A stretch of 64,000 nucleotides of DNA from Paraspadella gotoi (GCA_051294375.1 CM119266.1:18648087-18712086), one strand, 5' to 3'; counted from the stretch's first letter, positions 40,562 through 51,272 are shown. Translations and numbers: made by a program. Notes: generated from the sequence alone by a model not told the origin.

Positions 40562-43500
40562 AAGAGAGAGAGAGAGAGAGGGGGGGGAAGGTAAGTTGCT
40601 AATCTAATCTCGCCAAGTTTTGTTACGGGAGTTAGAGACTCCTCCTGCAGCCGTCTTTTTGGGGGACGCCCGATCCGAGGAGATCGGACAGGGTTGCTGC
40701 AGGAGAGGCTGAGGCATGGGCATCCATTGCGTATCGGGAGGTCTCCGCCGGACCCGTTGAGTGGGAACAGGAGAGTCATCGTGCGCTGTGGTGGAGAAGG
40801 GCACTAAGGCATAAGCGAATCATAGCTTGGAGGGAGATCGAATTGTCATCTATCACGTTCAAAGACGGCTCGAGGGCTTTGATGTAAATCGCCTCTCTAT
40901 ACTCTTGAGAAGCGTTCGGGTCATGGGACAGCATATGACAGTCAGTTTCTCTCTGAAACAGATGGCCAGTATTTGCGGAGGTCACGGTAGGGCTTTTTGT
41001 GCTGCTGGAACCGATCTGACAGACTTCCCTGTCTCACCCACGTATGCTGCTGTAGCTAGGGTTGTTTGCCCGCCCGGCACAGGCCCGCCAATAGACGGCT
41101 CCTGATGTTTTTCGGTCTGGGGATTTTATCTCTCTTGGGTGGTAGGGGAGGGGGAGGTAACCCACGTTCCTAGGACGCCTCTGCTTAGTTTCCAGTTGCG
41201 CTGTGGTGGGCGTGTAGGCTGTTCGGACAGCAAGGTCCTGCCCTTCCTTCTGTGGTAGGGCGGTTGAAATTAACAAAATTTAAAAAATCTAAACTAGGTC
41301 ACTAGTATTTTGGTGTAATACGGTCTGCAGATTTAAATGTGATATTGAATATGTTTCCTACATAACATCTTCTTTGTCGAATTTTTTGATTTTTTAAGAC
41401 AATCAAAATGCACGCGATTTTATATTTTTACAAAAATTAATAATAAATGAGTTTTTTTAAATAAAATAACAATTTTTAAAGTAAAATTTATTTTTGAAAC
41501 AACCCAGGATATAAAGGAAACTGGTTCTATTTAATAAACACCAAATAACAAATAATGAAATCAACAGCATTTCAAGAATCAGCTTTATTGTCAAGGTTTG
41601 GGACAGAGCTTTAACGTGCATGGCAACGAGCAAAAACATAACGCATCGCGTCTCTCTTTCTCCGAAAACTTTGAAATGACGCAACAGTAACCTCTTTAAC
41701 TAACCTTTCCACACTTTGGGATGTGGCAGGGTATGTGACCTATTTCAAAGGTTTGTTTAAAAAACATATGAAGTTCTGTTTTGAAAAACATCTGCGGTAA
41801 GGATTGGTCAGAAAAAGCTTTTCCAATCGATCATTTCTGGAGATTTTTTGCAGACCAAATTTAGGCGAGGAACGGGCGAAAACTCTCGTAAATAACTTTT
41901 GTCCCCAACTCACTATTTCCGCGTATCTCACAAATTTTCTTCACCGCAAACTCTCTCTCGGCGCATCCGAACTAGACAAGAAGAGTGAGTAAAACTATTT
42001 CTGGATGAGGGTGCCAAGCTGCCGTCATAATTCGTTTTTTCAACAACAGCTTCGTATCTCATTAGGCAATTTCACGAAACAAAATTTCATTTTCTTTAAA
42101 AACGTGATGGGGACCCATTCAAAAGAGATGGGTTACATTTGATTGAGACCACATTGGGTAGTACAAGAGGATAATGTTGGGTTACAATCATTTCTAGATC
42201 CTTTTTAAACTTGGCTTTGAAAAACTTGATTTTTACTGACAAAGAGGCGAAGAAACGGTTTGTGCTGTTGTCAGCCACCGTGAGTGACTGATGGGTCCCA
42301 GGCTTGAGACTTAAGCAGATTGTTCGTCGACGGTTTTCCCATTATCATCCTCACCATGCGATAACATAGTGTGGTCGTAGCTGAAGATCATTGACGACAG
42401 CGTCGGAAGTATGAGGAAATTAAGAGCGTTGGGAATTGAAGATTCGTTGAAGTCGGGGTTGAACTTCCAGTCTTCCAAACGAACCTTTCCAATTGCTTTA
42501 CCAGGATCACCTGAAAATTTAAAAATATTGTAGCAATAATTCAAAAAGTTCACAGCATTCCTAACAAAAATAACTTTTCACGCTATTAGTCCCTAAGGTT
42601 GGCGTTTGAATCAATTTCACAAGGAGAGAGAGAGAGAGAGAGTGGAAAGAAATACATGTATAAGTTTGGATCATGAGAAGTGGGTATAAAAAATTTTAGT
42701 ATCAAATGACAGATAATATTTTTTATAACTCCATATGCATTATTTTAGAGATGGTTGGAATATTTCGTTCCTCATTGAATAATGATGCGAAGGGGCAATT
42801 CGTTCGTGAGATGAAATTTTGTGTGCGGGAAGGAAACTGTATGGAATAAATGGAATAAATGTATAAATGGAAAATGATGATCCTAAATGAAAAATAACAA
42901 TAAAAAATAAATACTTATTAAAAATAAAATTAAAAAAAAAAAAGAATCGTTATAATTATTCATCTGATTAGCTGTTAACCGCTAAATTATCGTGGGCAGA
43001 TCCGACATTGTTTGCTCAAACTTGTTTTTGTCGCGCAGAACTGTTTTTTCAGTAACTTTTTAAATTATTGACAAACTGAAGCATTTAAATATTTGAAAAT
43101 ACAAAAGAAATTGATATTTTTTATTTTCCCAAAACGGTAATTACCATCAAATTATTCGGACATTATTACAGTAAAAAATGCTATAATGGAGAGTCACTAA
43201 AAGAAAACAGTGGTAAGGCGGCAGTATAGCATACACTAGGCAACAGATGATTGTTCTGCAACAGATGATTCTTCTGCGACAAAAAACTTTCAAGACCTTT
43301 GTTATCTTACGTTTTTCTGCGAGGAGCGATGCTTTTTTCTTTGCTTTGGCTAAATCTTCTTGCATTTCGTCTTGATTCTTAACTGATAAAGTTAAAGTTA
43401 CAAGATTACTTGTTTTACCATATCTTTAAGGAAAATTGTTTTTATATAGTTATAATTTTAATAAATTAATAAATTTTAACTTATTACAATATATCTTAAG

Positions 43501-46500
43501 ATTTTGACAGTTATATTTCAATATCATTTACTTTTAGAATATTTATGAATATTGTAAGGAGTGAAGGATATCGAGGAATTATGCATATTTAAGCGTATGT
43601 TAAAAGTAAAAATCCTAAATTTAATTTTATTTAAAATTCTAATAGTGAGGAAGACATTGTTATAAACTTTCTTTTCGTTGTGTGATATAATTAGATACAT
43701 TGTGCAACGTACAACAAAGATAAATATTTTTAAAAACTTAATAATTATTATATATATATAAATATTATTAAGTGTTAACAATTAGCTAATAATAAATAAA
43801 TATGAAAATGAAGGAAAAAAATGAAATTTGAAAAAGATACTGTTGGTGAGGGATAGATAAGTAAGTGATTTTTGAGCTCTATCTAAATTCTTAAACTTTC
43901 ACTTTATCACTCACTCAATGTGTCCTTACCTTCAGCCTGTCCTCACCTCTGACCACTATTCTTTACTCAACTCTATGTCGGAAATCTTTTTGCCCTCCCT
44001 CCCTCTCTCTTTCTCTCTCTCTCCCTCTCTCTCTCTATCTTCTTGCATATGATTTGCTTATAATTTTCAAAACCAAATTTAACGATAATGTAAGCCGAAA
44101 CATGTCCGTTTTTCTTTTTAAAAATAAAAATCGTTGTTGAAACTCATTATTCAAACCTTTTCTCTAATAGTGAGGAAAGAACAAAATAGCACTCATGAAT
44201 ATTGATATATAAAAAAATTTTATTAAGAATTTTAAAATTAACGCTGTAGGCTATAAATGTCAAAATTTTAAAATGGTTTTTGTAATATTTTTTGCACATT
44301 TGGATTTGTATAGTATTTCCCGATTTAATGCCTAAAGGAGTGGTCTTTTTTTATAATTAAAACATTCTTTGAAACATTATACCAATTCATTGATAGGTAA
44401 GCCAGGTACTCTGAGAGTGAGTAAACCAGACTGTGAGAGAAACTTGATTGAAAGCTTGCAGGGACCTGCTATTTCATTATCTTGTAAGAGTAATGGAGGC
44501 CTTAAACCACCAAAGCCTGTCCAAAGTCAGGGACTTGATAGCTTATTTATTAAATGAATGGATAATTTTTATATTGATTGTACCAATTTCATAAAATTAT
44601 TATTCTTTATGAATTAAGGTACAATGATGGTACGTTGTTCATAATTGACTTTTATAATTTTTATACATTACATATGTATACAACACATCGTTAATAAACT
44701 TTCTGTTTGATGCTTCAAATTAGATATACATGATTCTTGTTAGGAAGTCATTTATTGAAAATTAAAATATCTAAAAAGTTTAACATAAAGGGTGTGGAAT
44801 TGACAATTTGTTTTGGGATTAATAAAGGATATTGAAGAGACCGTAATTATTATGCGTTTGTGACAAAACCGTTCAATATAAGCAGTCCCTGATCTTTGGA
44901 TCAGGCTGTAACACCGTGTTACAGGCTGGTAAAGCGCCCCGTCCCTCTTGACTGCGAGGCGACTACCGGGCTAAAACCCTGGACCTTTGGTTGGGAGGCA
45001 AATGACTTGCCTCCTGCACCAATGGCCGTTGCTGAACGTTTGCTGGATTTTAGGCCACCATAATATGATTGTTTGCTGTGCCAAAGAATAAGACGACAAG
45101 GTAGAATCATATCTTGTTAGAGGGATACATAGTTACATATTAGGGAAAGTAATTTCTCTCGAACTTGTTATTCATTGTCTAAAAATCATCCTAACTGCGT
45201 TTCTTCGTAAGGTTACCAATTAATTCATAATCGGAATGTAATCACCTGCTTCCTCTGAAGATTCCTCCTCCTCAAATTCGTACCATTGAATTTCTATGCT
45301 AAAATGAGTGACTTTAATAACTTGCAGCCTTGGACACAGGATATCGCCCACCACCGATTCTTGCTGATAAAATTCTTTCATATAATTTTGGGTAAAGATT
45401 TGACAAGTTTCATAAGATACAGGACTCTGACCAAATAGTTTTTATATAATAATTTAATAATTAATAATTTTTTAATTAAAAATCAGGTTGGAAGTTAAGG
45501 TTAAGGATAAGGTCATTGATGAGGCTAGTGATTAAGGTTAGGGATTAGGTTAATGATTATGTTATGGTTATGGATTAAGGTGAGGCATTAGTAATTAAGG
45601 TTAAAATTTAGCCATAAGGGTTTAGGGTCAAATTTCAAAATTAAATTAGGGTTTGAAATAAGTCTTGAGGTTTAAATTTAAAAATGTTTGGGTAAAATAT
45701 TAACGTTAAAATTAAATTCTGGGATAAAGCTACAGATATAAAGCGCCTGCACTAAAGCCAAAAATTCAGCCTACAAAAAAGTTTATAAAGAGATAACCAA
45801 TACCAGATTTTCATAAAATCAAGATTAGATCATTAATGCTTCAGTACCAAAAATGACTTTACAAGAAAAATGTCATTGTAACAATCCTGCCTCTTATGCT
45901 TACTGTAATATACAATAAGGCGCAGATCAAAATTTTAATAGTTGATCATGAATAGTCTTGTTCTAAAGAACAATATATATTTTTTTTATTAATTTCTTAA
46001 TTTTCGTAGTAGCCCATTTTTATACCATTAAAGATTAAATTTTTTTTCAGTTTTGAGAGCAGAATCGAATTGCTCAAAAAAAGTTAGTATAAGAATATGA
46101 AATTGGTACAACCAATATAACAATTACCCATTCATTTAATAAATTAGCTATCTTGCACCTGACTATGGACACTGGATAGGCTTTGGTGGTTTAAGGCCTC
46201 CATCACCCTTACAAGATAATGACATAAAAGGTCCCTAAAAGCTTTCAATCAAGACTCTTACAGTATCTTACACTCCCATTCTTAAAGAATTTGAGTTCAA
46301 CAGTAAGACAAAGGAACATTCAAAATAAACTTTATCTGCACCCACTAAATCTTCACTTGATCCTGCTCTTTAACCAAATAGCAATTATTTTTTTAAATTT
46401 TTAGTATCTTAAATCTTTTAAAAATTATTTTTTTGTTATTTTTTAACAAATATTTTTTATTCTATTTCTTATTTTAAGTATTTTTAATCTATATCATATA

Positions 46501-49500
46501 TCAAAACAAAAATGATTTATAAAATATTTTTACAAGTACAAAAATGTTATTAGTGCTGAAGTAACAGTTCAGTTTAAGCCCTTGAAAGTGATTTATTGTA
46601 TGTAATTATCCAGTTTTTGGTTAGGAAAAATTATTGTGAATGTTACATTATGTTTATTTTGACATACTCAAGATTTTTGTAGAATGGGAATAATTGACAG
46701 TGATGATAATGATTTCATAAAAAACGATGTAGAAAATGATTGGGAGGAAATTTTGTTTTAATAGACGCTCATTAAGTTGAGCTTGAGGAAACTGCTAAAT
46801 ATTATAAATTTAATATGCAGCTTATGATGTTGGATGCAGAGAATATTTATTACTGTTAAAACTATTTTCCAGCTGACTGCAACTCGATGTATTGTCAATA
46901 TAAATGACTTTTATAAAACCATCTGCATAACCATAAAATTCTTTCAATTAAAACCCTTAAAATCTGATATAATTGTTTTATTTTGAAAATAAAGACATCA
47001 TATAAAACTGCAAGAATTTCTGAATCCAATGAATACAGTAAATGCATTATTTAAAACTTTACCAATTACTGCATTGATTTGTAAAGTAACAGTACGCTTG
47101 AGACACTCTGTAATTAATGCGAAATATTAAGTCTTAATCAAAAATTCTTTTATTAAGTTAGCTAAAAATTTATTTTTTATGAAAATTTAGTCATAGGTTA
47201 ATCATAACAGTTGTTTTAGGATTTTGACCACATTTTTAAATTTTGACATCATTTGACATTATGAAAGTACTACTGGGCTACTGCAAAAATTAAAAAAGAA
47301 AAAATAATTTTTTTGTTTAAAAATGTTTACAGGTACAACCCAGTTCATGATCAAGTATTTGAATTTTGATTCTATGATTTTAAAAGTTTTGCTACGCTTT
47401 AATATACAATAAGTCTTAAAAGGCAAAGTAAAACATTTTATAATTATCTTCAAGTATAACTAGTAATAATTAACTTCATTAAATCCTTAGCAACTTTTTG
47501 AAATTTTATATATTAAGCTAAGTATATCCAATAAAATTATACGTTCAAGTGATAACCGGATATGATGCAGCTGTTGATTTTCTATCTTTTCGTGATGACT
47601 TCTTAGACTTGCTCTCTAAAATTTCATTCAAAGAATTAATTAAGTAAAATAAAAATTCTAAAACACCAAAAATTCTGAAAATCAGCATTCTAAGATTAAT
47701 GAATGAATACCATGGTTTTATTAAAAGTTCCTGTAAAACATTTTGTCAAATTTTGCAATTTAATCAGCAAGTTAAAATTTTTTTGTTTTGTTTTTTTCTT
47801 TATTTAAATGAGCCGTCTTTTAGCTAATTATGATTAAAAATGTATGTGTGACGTGAAACTAAAAGAAAAATTTTAAACATACAAAGAGATCCACGGGTAG
47901 CGATCTCAAATAAATGGTTGCAGCGCCCATACGTGCTATCTGTTGTTCATGATCAAGATTTAATTAGTTAAAAAAGTCTTGTTAATGTTTTGGGTACTTA
48001 TCCTATAAAACTTTTTCATTTCAAATTTTGCGCAGTAAAAACTGATTTTTCAAAACATAAAAAATCTAGTTTTTGATGAATTCTTTAAAACCGACTTCAA
48101 CTTGACTTACACCACTCTTTGCTAGTTTTAATATCTACAATGGCTAAGATGTTAGAAAACTAAAAGCCAGCTAGTAAATAAATTGCAATAAGCAAGGTTT
48201 ACTTTGAATAGCGGAAAGTTAAGGATAAAGCTCAAAAGCTCAATCTCAGAAAATTTGAAAATCGAAAAACTTTAAAATGCTACTGGGTCACTCAAAAAAA
48301 ATAAACATGACTTTTGAATATTTAGCAATATTGATGAAAACTTTATTCAAATTAGTTAATGAGCTGTTAAATTTCTTTTGGGAAGACTAAAGATAGAACC
48401 CTATAACTTATGGGAAAAATATAATTCAGGATCACCTTTATCTTTCTCTTCTTCGGCATTTAAAACTTCCCCCGACAAAACTGTGTCTGAATAAGTAAGT
48501 ATAAAAAACATAAACCAACTATTAAAAAGTTTTTTTCTTTTAAATATAATAACAACGCTTACGTTTTGATTGAGCCATTGACGTTATTGACTGTAGGAAA
48601 AAAATAACAAAATAACAAATGAGGACGGATAATAATTCTCGCGATTATTTCAAATCCGTTCTAATTCCTCCTAAAAGTTATGAAAAATATGTCGTCAGAA
48701 ATAAACAGTTTAGACTTATTAAATCTACAGTAAGGAAAATGCCACAAAAGCCAGCCCCGGTACCCTTGAAGAGTTAACAAGCAGTCCCTGAGCTTCGGAT
48801 CAGGCTGTAACACCGTGTGACAGGCGGGTTAAGCGCCCCGTCCCTCTTAAATGCTAAGCGACCACCGGGCTAGAACCCCGGACCTTTGGGTTGGGAGGCG
48901 AATGACTGGCGAATGAATGGCCGCTGATGAAAAAATAAAATGAAATAATCATAATGATATATAAAATATATATTATATAATTATATACATTCTTTTACAC
49001 AACTTTTAATTTAAAAATTTTGAATTTTCTAACCGCGCGTGCTTTCTCATCTTTACTCTTGACTTGCCGCTTGTGCTTTTTGGAAATTCCTTCATCACGA
49101 TGACGATGTTTTTTTAAAACCCCCACAATCGGTGTCCGGTTACCTGGCAAAAAAGTGTGTTGTACAAAGGGCCTTCAACCCTATCGGAGAGACAGAATAA
49201 CTTATAAATTAATGAATAAACCGTTCATACATTAGTAGTCGATGAGTATCGGATCAGGTTATAACGCCATGCGACAGGTGGGTTAAGCGCCCTTTACTTA
49301 AAGTGTGTCTAAAATTTAGAAATGTTTATAGCTTATTTGGCATCCTGCACAATTGACTTAGGCATAATAAGGTCTTTTGCCCAAATCTCATTGAATTTCG
49401 TTGAACACACTTAGCTCAACTATGAAAGGACTTTTGGATCCACTATGGATAGATGTCACAGATGCTAATTGATAATATAAATGGCCAAAGTAAAAAATAT

Positions 49501-50097
49501 AATCGGGTTATTCCATAGGTCTCTGGGTAGCCTCAAGGTAGCCACTCTTGAAGGATTGGGGAGCTTGTTCAACACTCTCTTTTATTGGGCCAACATAATT
49601 AAATTAATTTAATTCTAGAAAGAACAAACTTTTTAATATTGCAATATGCAAAAAGGATTTTTGTATCATATAATCAACTTATTAAGTGTTGGCGGAAATT
49701 TGCCGGTTCTTCAAATTTTTTTTCTCGATTCATGATCCTACAGCTATATCAGTTCTACATTGAAGTCTTACCGGTTGGAACCCTGTGGCGATGGTCGGGA
49801 CTTGTCATGAACTTCCAAGTCATTGGATCATAATGTATTCGAGGGTCAAGCAAATCTCGACGCATCACATCCTCTTCACAGCTTTGCCCCAATATTTTAG
49901 CCCAGTGACCCTCATTCCATTTGTATTGGTACTGTGAATTTAATTAAACGAAAATTTTCATGAATGAAACTATAGCCCAATACCTATAACTTCAAACTAA
50001 CAAAATTATGATGCGACATTTCCTTCTCTTGTGGTTCATTAACGATTTCTTCCCCCTCCGAAGGTGTTGCAATTTCCAGCGACTGGTTCGATGTCAT
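20822..50097 (-). CDS. FANK1: FANK1-like protein (FN3 plus ankyrin repeats), about 595 aa with a long N-terminal extension
   Basis: Phase-consistent GT-AG exons: 50097-50002, 49931-49772, 49143-49034, 48590-48563, 48486-48436, 46362-46331, 45426-45246, 43382-43311 (duplicate at 30959-30888), 29294-29216, 27665-27482, 26978-26878, 26337-26182, 26122-25991, 24362-24224, 23128-22979, 20938-20822. Motifs KVTHFSIEIQW, GYGMSFVVENLKPLTAYMFRL, TAMMVACYSG, AIHWAVDSG, GWSPLHR, KTPLMLA, GRSVYDLARALERRGIVMLLEE are colinear with vertebrate FANK1 as recalled. The first six exons are less certain. Confidence 0.85.
21282..21645. mobile_element. Non-autonomous hAT element
   Basis: TIRs CAGGGGCGGCGAGAGA and TCTCTCGCCGCCCCTG. 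8-bp flanks ctacaacg and cttcaacg (7/8 identical, TSD). Confidence 0.85.
21660..22700 (+). mobile_element. Degenerate Penelope-like retroelement 3' part (RT C-terminus, GIY-YIG endonuclease, (CT)n tract, hammerhead tail)
   Basis: Frameshifted peptides ALALNGYP, YLSLPY, AAYVGETG, SRGIREAIYIKALEPSLNRD match PLE RT-thumb and GIY-YIG motifs. Lies in the last FANK1 intron. Confidence 0.8.
22651..22692 (+). ncRNA. Degenerate hammerhead ribozyme copy
   Basis: Same sequence as 40407-40451, but CTGATGA reads TGTGA. Confidence 0.55.
23451..23788 (+). mobile_element. Repeat family B (~335 bp unit), circularly permuted copy
   Basis: Begins and ends at the same GGTACT-N-GAGT point of the unit. Mirror near 39318-39657. 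Confidence 0.75.
23521..23583 (+). ncRNA. P5-type twister-like ribozyme (family B), partly degenerate
   Basis: TATCTTTT AAG AGT GA TGG AGGCCT TAA ACC AG CAAAG CCTG T CCA AT GT CAGG G GCAAGATA. Mirror near 39523-39585 (-). Confidence 0.55.
24689..24751 (-). ncRNA. P5-type twister-like ribozyme (repeat family B)
   Basis: TATCTTGT AAG AGT GA TGA AGGCCT TAA ACC AC CAAAG CCTG T CCA AA GT CAGG G TCAAAATA. One T1 mismatch. Mirror copy at 38350-38412 (+). Confidence 0.6.
25214..25966 (-). mobile_element. HINE/DINE-1-like non-autonomous Helentron element
   Basis: Subterminal inverted repeats GTCGGATCTGC and GCAGATCCGAC, 5' hairpin, (GTCC/GTCT)n microsatellite, internal tandem core repeats, short 3' stem-loop, T-run boundaries. 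Confidence 0.75.
27895..28045 (+). mobile_element. Repeat family D: tRNA-like remnant plus truncated twister-like motif
   Basis: B-box-like GGTCCCGGGTTTTAACCC, then CCTCGCTTT AG AGA GA CGG GCCGGT TGA ACC GAC ... AAAGCGAGG. Mirror near 35080-35225. Confidence 0.4.
28467..29001 (-). mobile_element. Two head-to-tail copies of repeat family A (leader hairpin, tRNA-like head, twister-like motif)
   Basis: Copies at 28467-28663 and 28829-29001; mirrored at 34126-34298 and 34462-34656 (+). Confidence 0.8.
30198..30606 (+). mobile_element. 5'-truncated HINE/DINE-1-like element
   Basis: Same core, microsatellite and 3' end GCAGATCCGACATTGTTTGCTCAAAC. Further pieces near 23785-24180, 32731-32990 and 42808-43030. 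Confidence 0.65.
33838..40133 (+). pseudogene. FANK1: Partial inverted copy of seven internal FANK1-like exons
   Basis: Mirror of 29294..22979. Lacks the upstream exons and the terminal exon. Several 1-nt indels break the frame (for example near 33877, 36182, 36229, 37111, 38829). Confidence 0.7.
37142..37888 (+). mobile_element. HINE/DINE-1-like element (mirror copy)
   Basis: Reverse complement of 25214-25966. Confidence 0.75.
40400..41255 (-). mobile_element. Mirror copy of the Penelope-like remnant
   Basis: Reverse complement of about 21870-22700, including REAIYIKALEPSLN and AVYWRAC peptides. Confidence 0.8.
40407..40451 (-). ncRNA. Minimal type I hammerhead ribozyme at the PLE 3' end
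   Basis: Minus strand AAAGCG CTGATGA A GGCTT GCATTA AAGCC GAAA CATG TC TGTTT. Core boxes intact, 5-bp stem II, palindromic stem III ACATGT, GUC cleavage triplet. Confidence 0.8.
41256..42510 (-). mobile_element. Degenerate hATm-like transposase remnant with putative TAGGG terminus
   Basis: Frameshifted peptides GPISHSRWLTT, HPHPEIVLL, EMIDWK, YPATSQSVERLVKEVTVAS resemble hATm-type transposases. TAGGGCGG begins at 41256. Confidence 0.65.
44305..44597 (+). mobile_element. Repeat family B copy
   Basis: Homologous copies at 4135-4437, 31875-32157, 26587-26851 (-), 36266-36530, 46099-46263 (-), 24640-24771 (-); fragments near 5313-5367 and 8420-8495. Confidence 0.8.
44867..45062 (-). mobile_element. 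Repeat family A copy
   Basis: Same ~200 bp sequence. Duplicate at 32426-32623. Other copies or fragments at 48777-48931, 49218-49291 and 56073-56097. Confidence 0.8.
46149..46218 (-). ncRNA. P5-type twister-like ribozyme (family B) with a 7-nt insertion in P4
   Basis: TATCTTGT AAG GGT GA TGG AGGCCT TAA ACC AC CAAAG CC[TATCCAG]TG T CCA TA GT CAGG T GCAAGATA. Fully paired P5 and P2. Confidence 0.55.
48780..48855 (-). ncRNA. P5-type twister-like ribozyme, best preserved copy (repeat family A)
   Basis: Minus strand AGCATTT AAG AGG GA CGG GGCGCT TAA CCC GC CTGTCACACGGTGTTACAG CCTGA T CCG AA GC TCAGG GACTGCT. UAA cleavage site, GA, pseudoknots CCG/CGG and GC/GC, and P3, P4, P5 are all present. 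Confidence 0.75.
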
Positions 50098-50383
50098 GGT
50101 TAAATGAATTAAGCCTTTTCAAAAATTAATAGAAAAACCGGTTTTACGTTAGCTTTACTTGAATAGCCTCGATCAAAACACTTCTTTTTTAATGAAAAAA
50201 ATGTCTCTAATCCATGAGTCGCGTTATCAAAGCAGAACGATATTCCTATAAACATTAAGGCTGAAAATTATGGGAATTACGGCTCGGAAATTGGGATTGG
50301 AAACTCTGGTTAAAACTTAGAATACTCAGTGCCAGATCTAGCATAATTTCAGACCGTTAAGCCAGTAAAAAATGATCTGACAT

Positions 50384-50859
50384 CAGGGGCGGCGAGAGAA
50401 ATGGCGGGCCCCTCCACTGGCCCCCTGGCCAGGTTCCCCCCGCTCTCCATAATTTTATTTTTTAGTTTTCGATTACCGACTTTCTGGCTTGAAAATTAGA
50501 GGCTGTGGACACTGGACAGGGCCAAAGGGGCACAGGGCCACAGAGCCACAGGGCCACATTAAAAGTGAAATGGACTATAACCCTGAAACAGTTGGGACAT
50601 TACCAATAAAGGGGCCTTGATGTGACTTAAATAGGGGCCCAACTTGACCCCTAAAGTCTAAAGGGGCCAAGGCATGATCTAAGTTGAATTTGATCAGTTA
50701 AACTATCTGCACAGACTGAACCTTTTTTCATAATCACTCAATTCATTTTTTCCCTTTTTTTTCATATTTTCTTTCATTCTTTTTTCTCTCTTCTGAGGGG
50801 CCCGAGCGGGCCCGGGCCCTTCGCCTGAGGCTAGGGTGTTCCCCCTCTGACCGCCCCTG
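50384..50859. mobile_element. Non-autonomous hAT element, same family as 21282-21645 in opposite orientation
   Basis: TIRs CAGGGGCGG...CCGCCCCTG. 8-bp flanks tctgacat and tctggcat. Shared subterminal sequence. Confidence 0.85.
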
Positions 50860-51272
50860 TCTGGCATATAGCATACAATCTGGCATATTCAAAATGTGAA
50901 AAAATTTAAGGTTTTCCGATCTACAGCATTCGACAAAGTATGAAAAACTCTTACTCTGGCAATATAAATCTGTATTAAATATGATTTTCATCTGAGATGC
51001 TTATGTAGTTCTGTAATACTAGTAATAGAATGTTGAAGCAATTTTACAAGTGCAAAAACATTATGGCGTCGGTTGGTTGGTTGGTCTGTTAAAAAATTAC
51101 TGCTGCGAAACACCTTCGTTTTACAGCTCGTCACTCGTCACTTGAGCAATTCACAAAAGTATTATTTTTTTGGTCTTTTTTTGTTCTTATCTGTCTAAAT
51201 GATTTTTCATAGGCTCTAATAATTATCATTTCTCTTTACTCTCGTAACAGTTTTTAAATTAGCTATAAGAAA

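Larger units (their letters stand above)
21870..41255. repeat. Large inverted duplication, arms about 21870-30386 and 32800-41255
   Basis: Arms are near-identical reverse complements. N gaps at 29436-29461 and 32775-32799. Confidence 0.95.
42808..45112. repeat. Direct duplicate of about 30388-32672
   Basis: Near-identical sequence differing mainly by 1-nt indels. Confidence 0.95.
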
